DNA from: Chamaesiphon sp.
GTDB taxonomy: Bacteria; Cyanobacteriota; Cyanobacteriia; Cyanobacteriales; Chamaesiphonaceae
Direction: 5' to 3'
DNA length: 64,000 nt
Assembly: GCA_965246715.1 (NCBI GenBank)
Contig: CBDFFH010000041.1
Location: 64,001 to 128,000 of the forward strand
The notes beneath the pieces were generated by a model. It was not told where the DNA came from, searched no databases, and worked only from the letters and a program-made list of their open reading frames with translations. Numbering within the stretch: the first letter of the stretch is position 1; every line of letters begins with the position of its first letter. The position numbers were made by a program, and so were the translations under genes. Of this stretch, positions 62,976-64,000 are shown one piece after another.

Positions 62976-64000
62976 TTACTGGAGACTGCTAGGAACGGGT
63001 AACGGGCAATCGATCGCCTTTTTACCAGACCAATCTGTCAAGGTATTCTCATCTTTATAATGCCGAGGGGTATTTAACATTAATTGCCAAGCTGCACTTG
63101 CATCCAATAAATTAAATCGATCGGGATAATGTGTTTGCAATAACTCACGTACCATCGGACAGTAATCCGAGTTTATTTCGGGGAAAATATGATGCTCGGT
63201 ATGATACGAAAAATTGAGATGCAGTAGATCGAAGATTTTTGGCATCCGTAACGAAACACTATTAATTAGTGGATCGTTAATACTTGTCATCGGACATAGC
63301 AAGTGATTGGTATAAATATAAAACATGGCCATACTATAGCCAATCCAAATCGGCAAAAAATACCCGAGTAGTAAGTTAATCGGATGAAATCCTAAACAAG
63401 CGCAAATACTCAGATGAATCCCAATGACGATCGCTAGTTCGATCGCGATCGACCGTCGCTCTTTGGCACTCACCTTAAATGCAACTACCGGAATATCAAC
63501 CAAACCATCGTTAAAGATCAGTACCGAGATGATATTACGGAAGTTATGAATGCCCCAGGCACTAGTCATGCCAATCTGGAACCAGAATGGATTTACTTCA
63601 GCAGAGGGTGCGAACAGATTGTGAATCCATTTGCCCCAGCTATCGGGTTGTGTTTGCAGATAATTACGATCTGGATCTGTTAAAGAATTAGTCTTACGAT
63701 GGTGCTCGCGATGATGAATTACTTTCCACAATGTGGGAGTCATCCAAGCCATCGACCAACCTAATAGGCTCACAAGCTGGCGAAGCCAAGGTCTTTTAAT
63801 CGTGCCACTATGCAGTACTTCATGAGTACTAAAAATCAGCACTGTGATGCTGTTACCCATTGCTACAGCCAGTGGTAGATAGAGTGGCAATAAATACCAG
63901 TCCCAGCGATCGAGCTGAGCGGCGATCGCCCAGCCTAATATTAAAATTGAGACGTTAACTAATAAAATTACAACCTTACTCTTATCTGGTAAGAATGCTG
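62976..64000 (-). CDS. Fatty acid desaturase family protein (5' end outside window)
   Basis: His boxes HEVLH, HHREHH, HTEHH; frame open to window end. Confidence 0.9.
   Translation of the reverse strand, partial: AFLPDKSKVVILLVNVSILILGWAIAAQLDRWDWYLLPLYLPLAVAMGNSITVLIFSTHEVLHSGTIKRPWLRQLVSLLGWSMAWMTPTLWKVIHHREHHRKTNSLTDPDRNYLQTQPDSWGKWIHNLFAPSAEVNPFWFQIGMTSAWGIHNFRNIISVLIFNDGLVDIPVVAFKVSAKERRSIAIELAIVIGIHLSICACLGFHPINLLLGYFLPIWIGYSMAMFYIYTNHLLCPMTSINDPLINSVSLRMPKIFDLLHLNFSYHTEHHIFPEINSDYCPMVRELLQTHYPDRFNLLDASAAWQLMLNTPRHYKDENTLTDWSGKKAIDCPLPVPSSLQ

Overview
Cyanobacterial chromosomal segment. Evidence: chlL, petL, ycf46/ycf35, the tocopherol genes hpt-vte1, hemJ, very dense HIP1-type CGATCG sites and STRR heptamers. 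A Chamaesiphon-like host is plausible but is only an inference. Most of the window is housekeeping and signalling genes. Highlights: (1) a 5'-end remnant of an IS110/IS621-type element whose non-coding end still reads as a bridge RNA; its target-guide segments match the GTAGGGGCAATTCATGAATTRCCCCTAC REP-like palindrome it sits in (24361-24705). (2) A dTMP-synthesis cluster dut-(SMI1/KNR4-like)-thyA-folA-dCMP deaminase, with an insertion-bearing dUTPase and an atypical ThyA. (3) A probable ~12 kb inversion (about 11020-23263) that split an ABC exporter gene and a HEAT/LRV-repeat gene, with an ISL3-like MITE at one breakpoint. (4) A 1383-aa RTX-type surface protein behind a candidate Pho box. (5) Several small mobile repeats, including HIP1-targeted insertions, one apparently in-frame inside a CLC channel. 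Single-base frameshifts in the Crp gene and the U32 gene look like sequencing error. No rRNA, tRNA or CRISPR array was seen.
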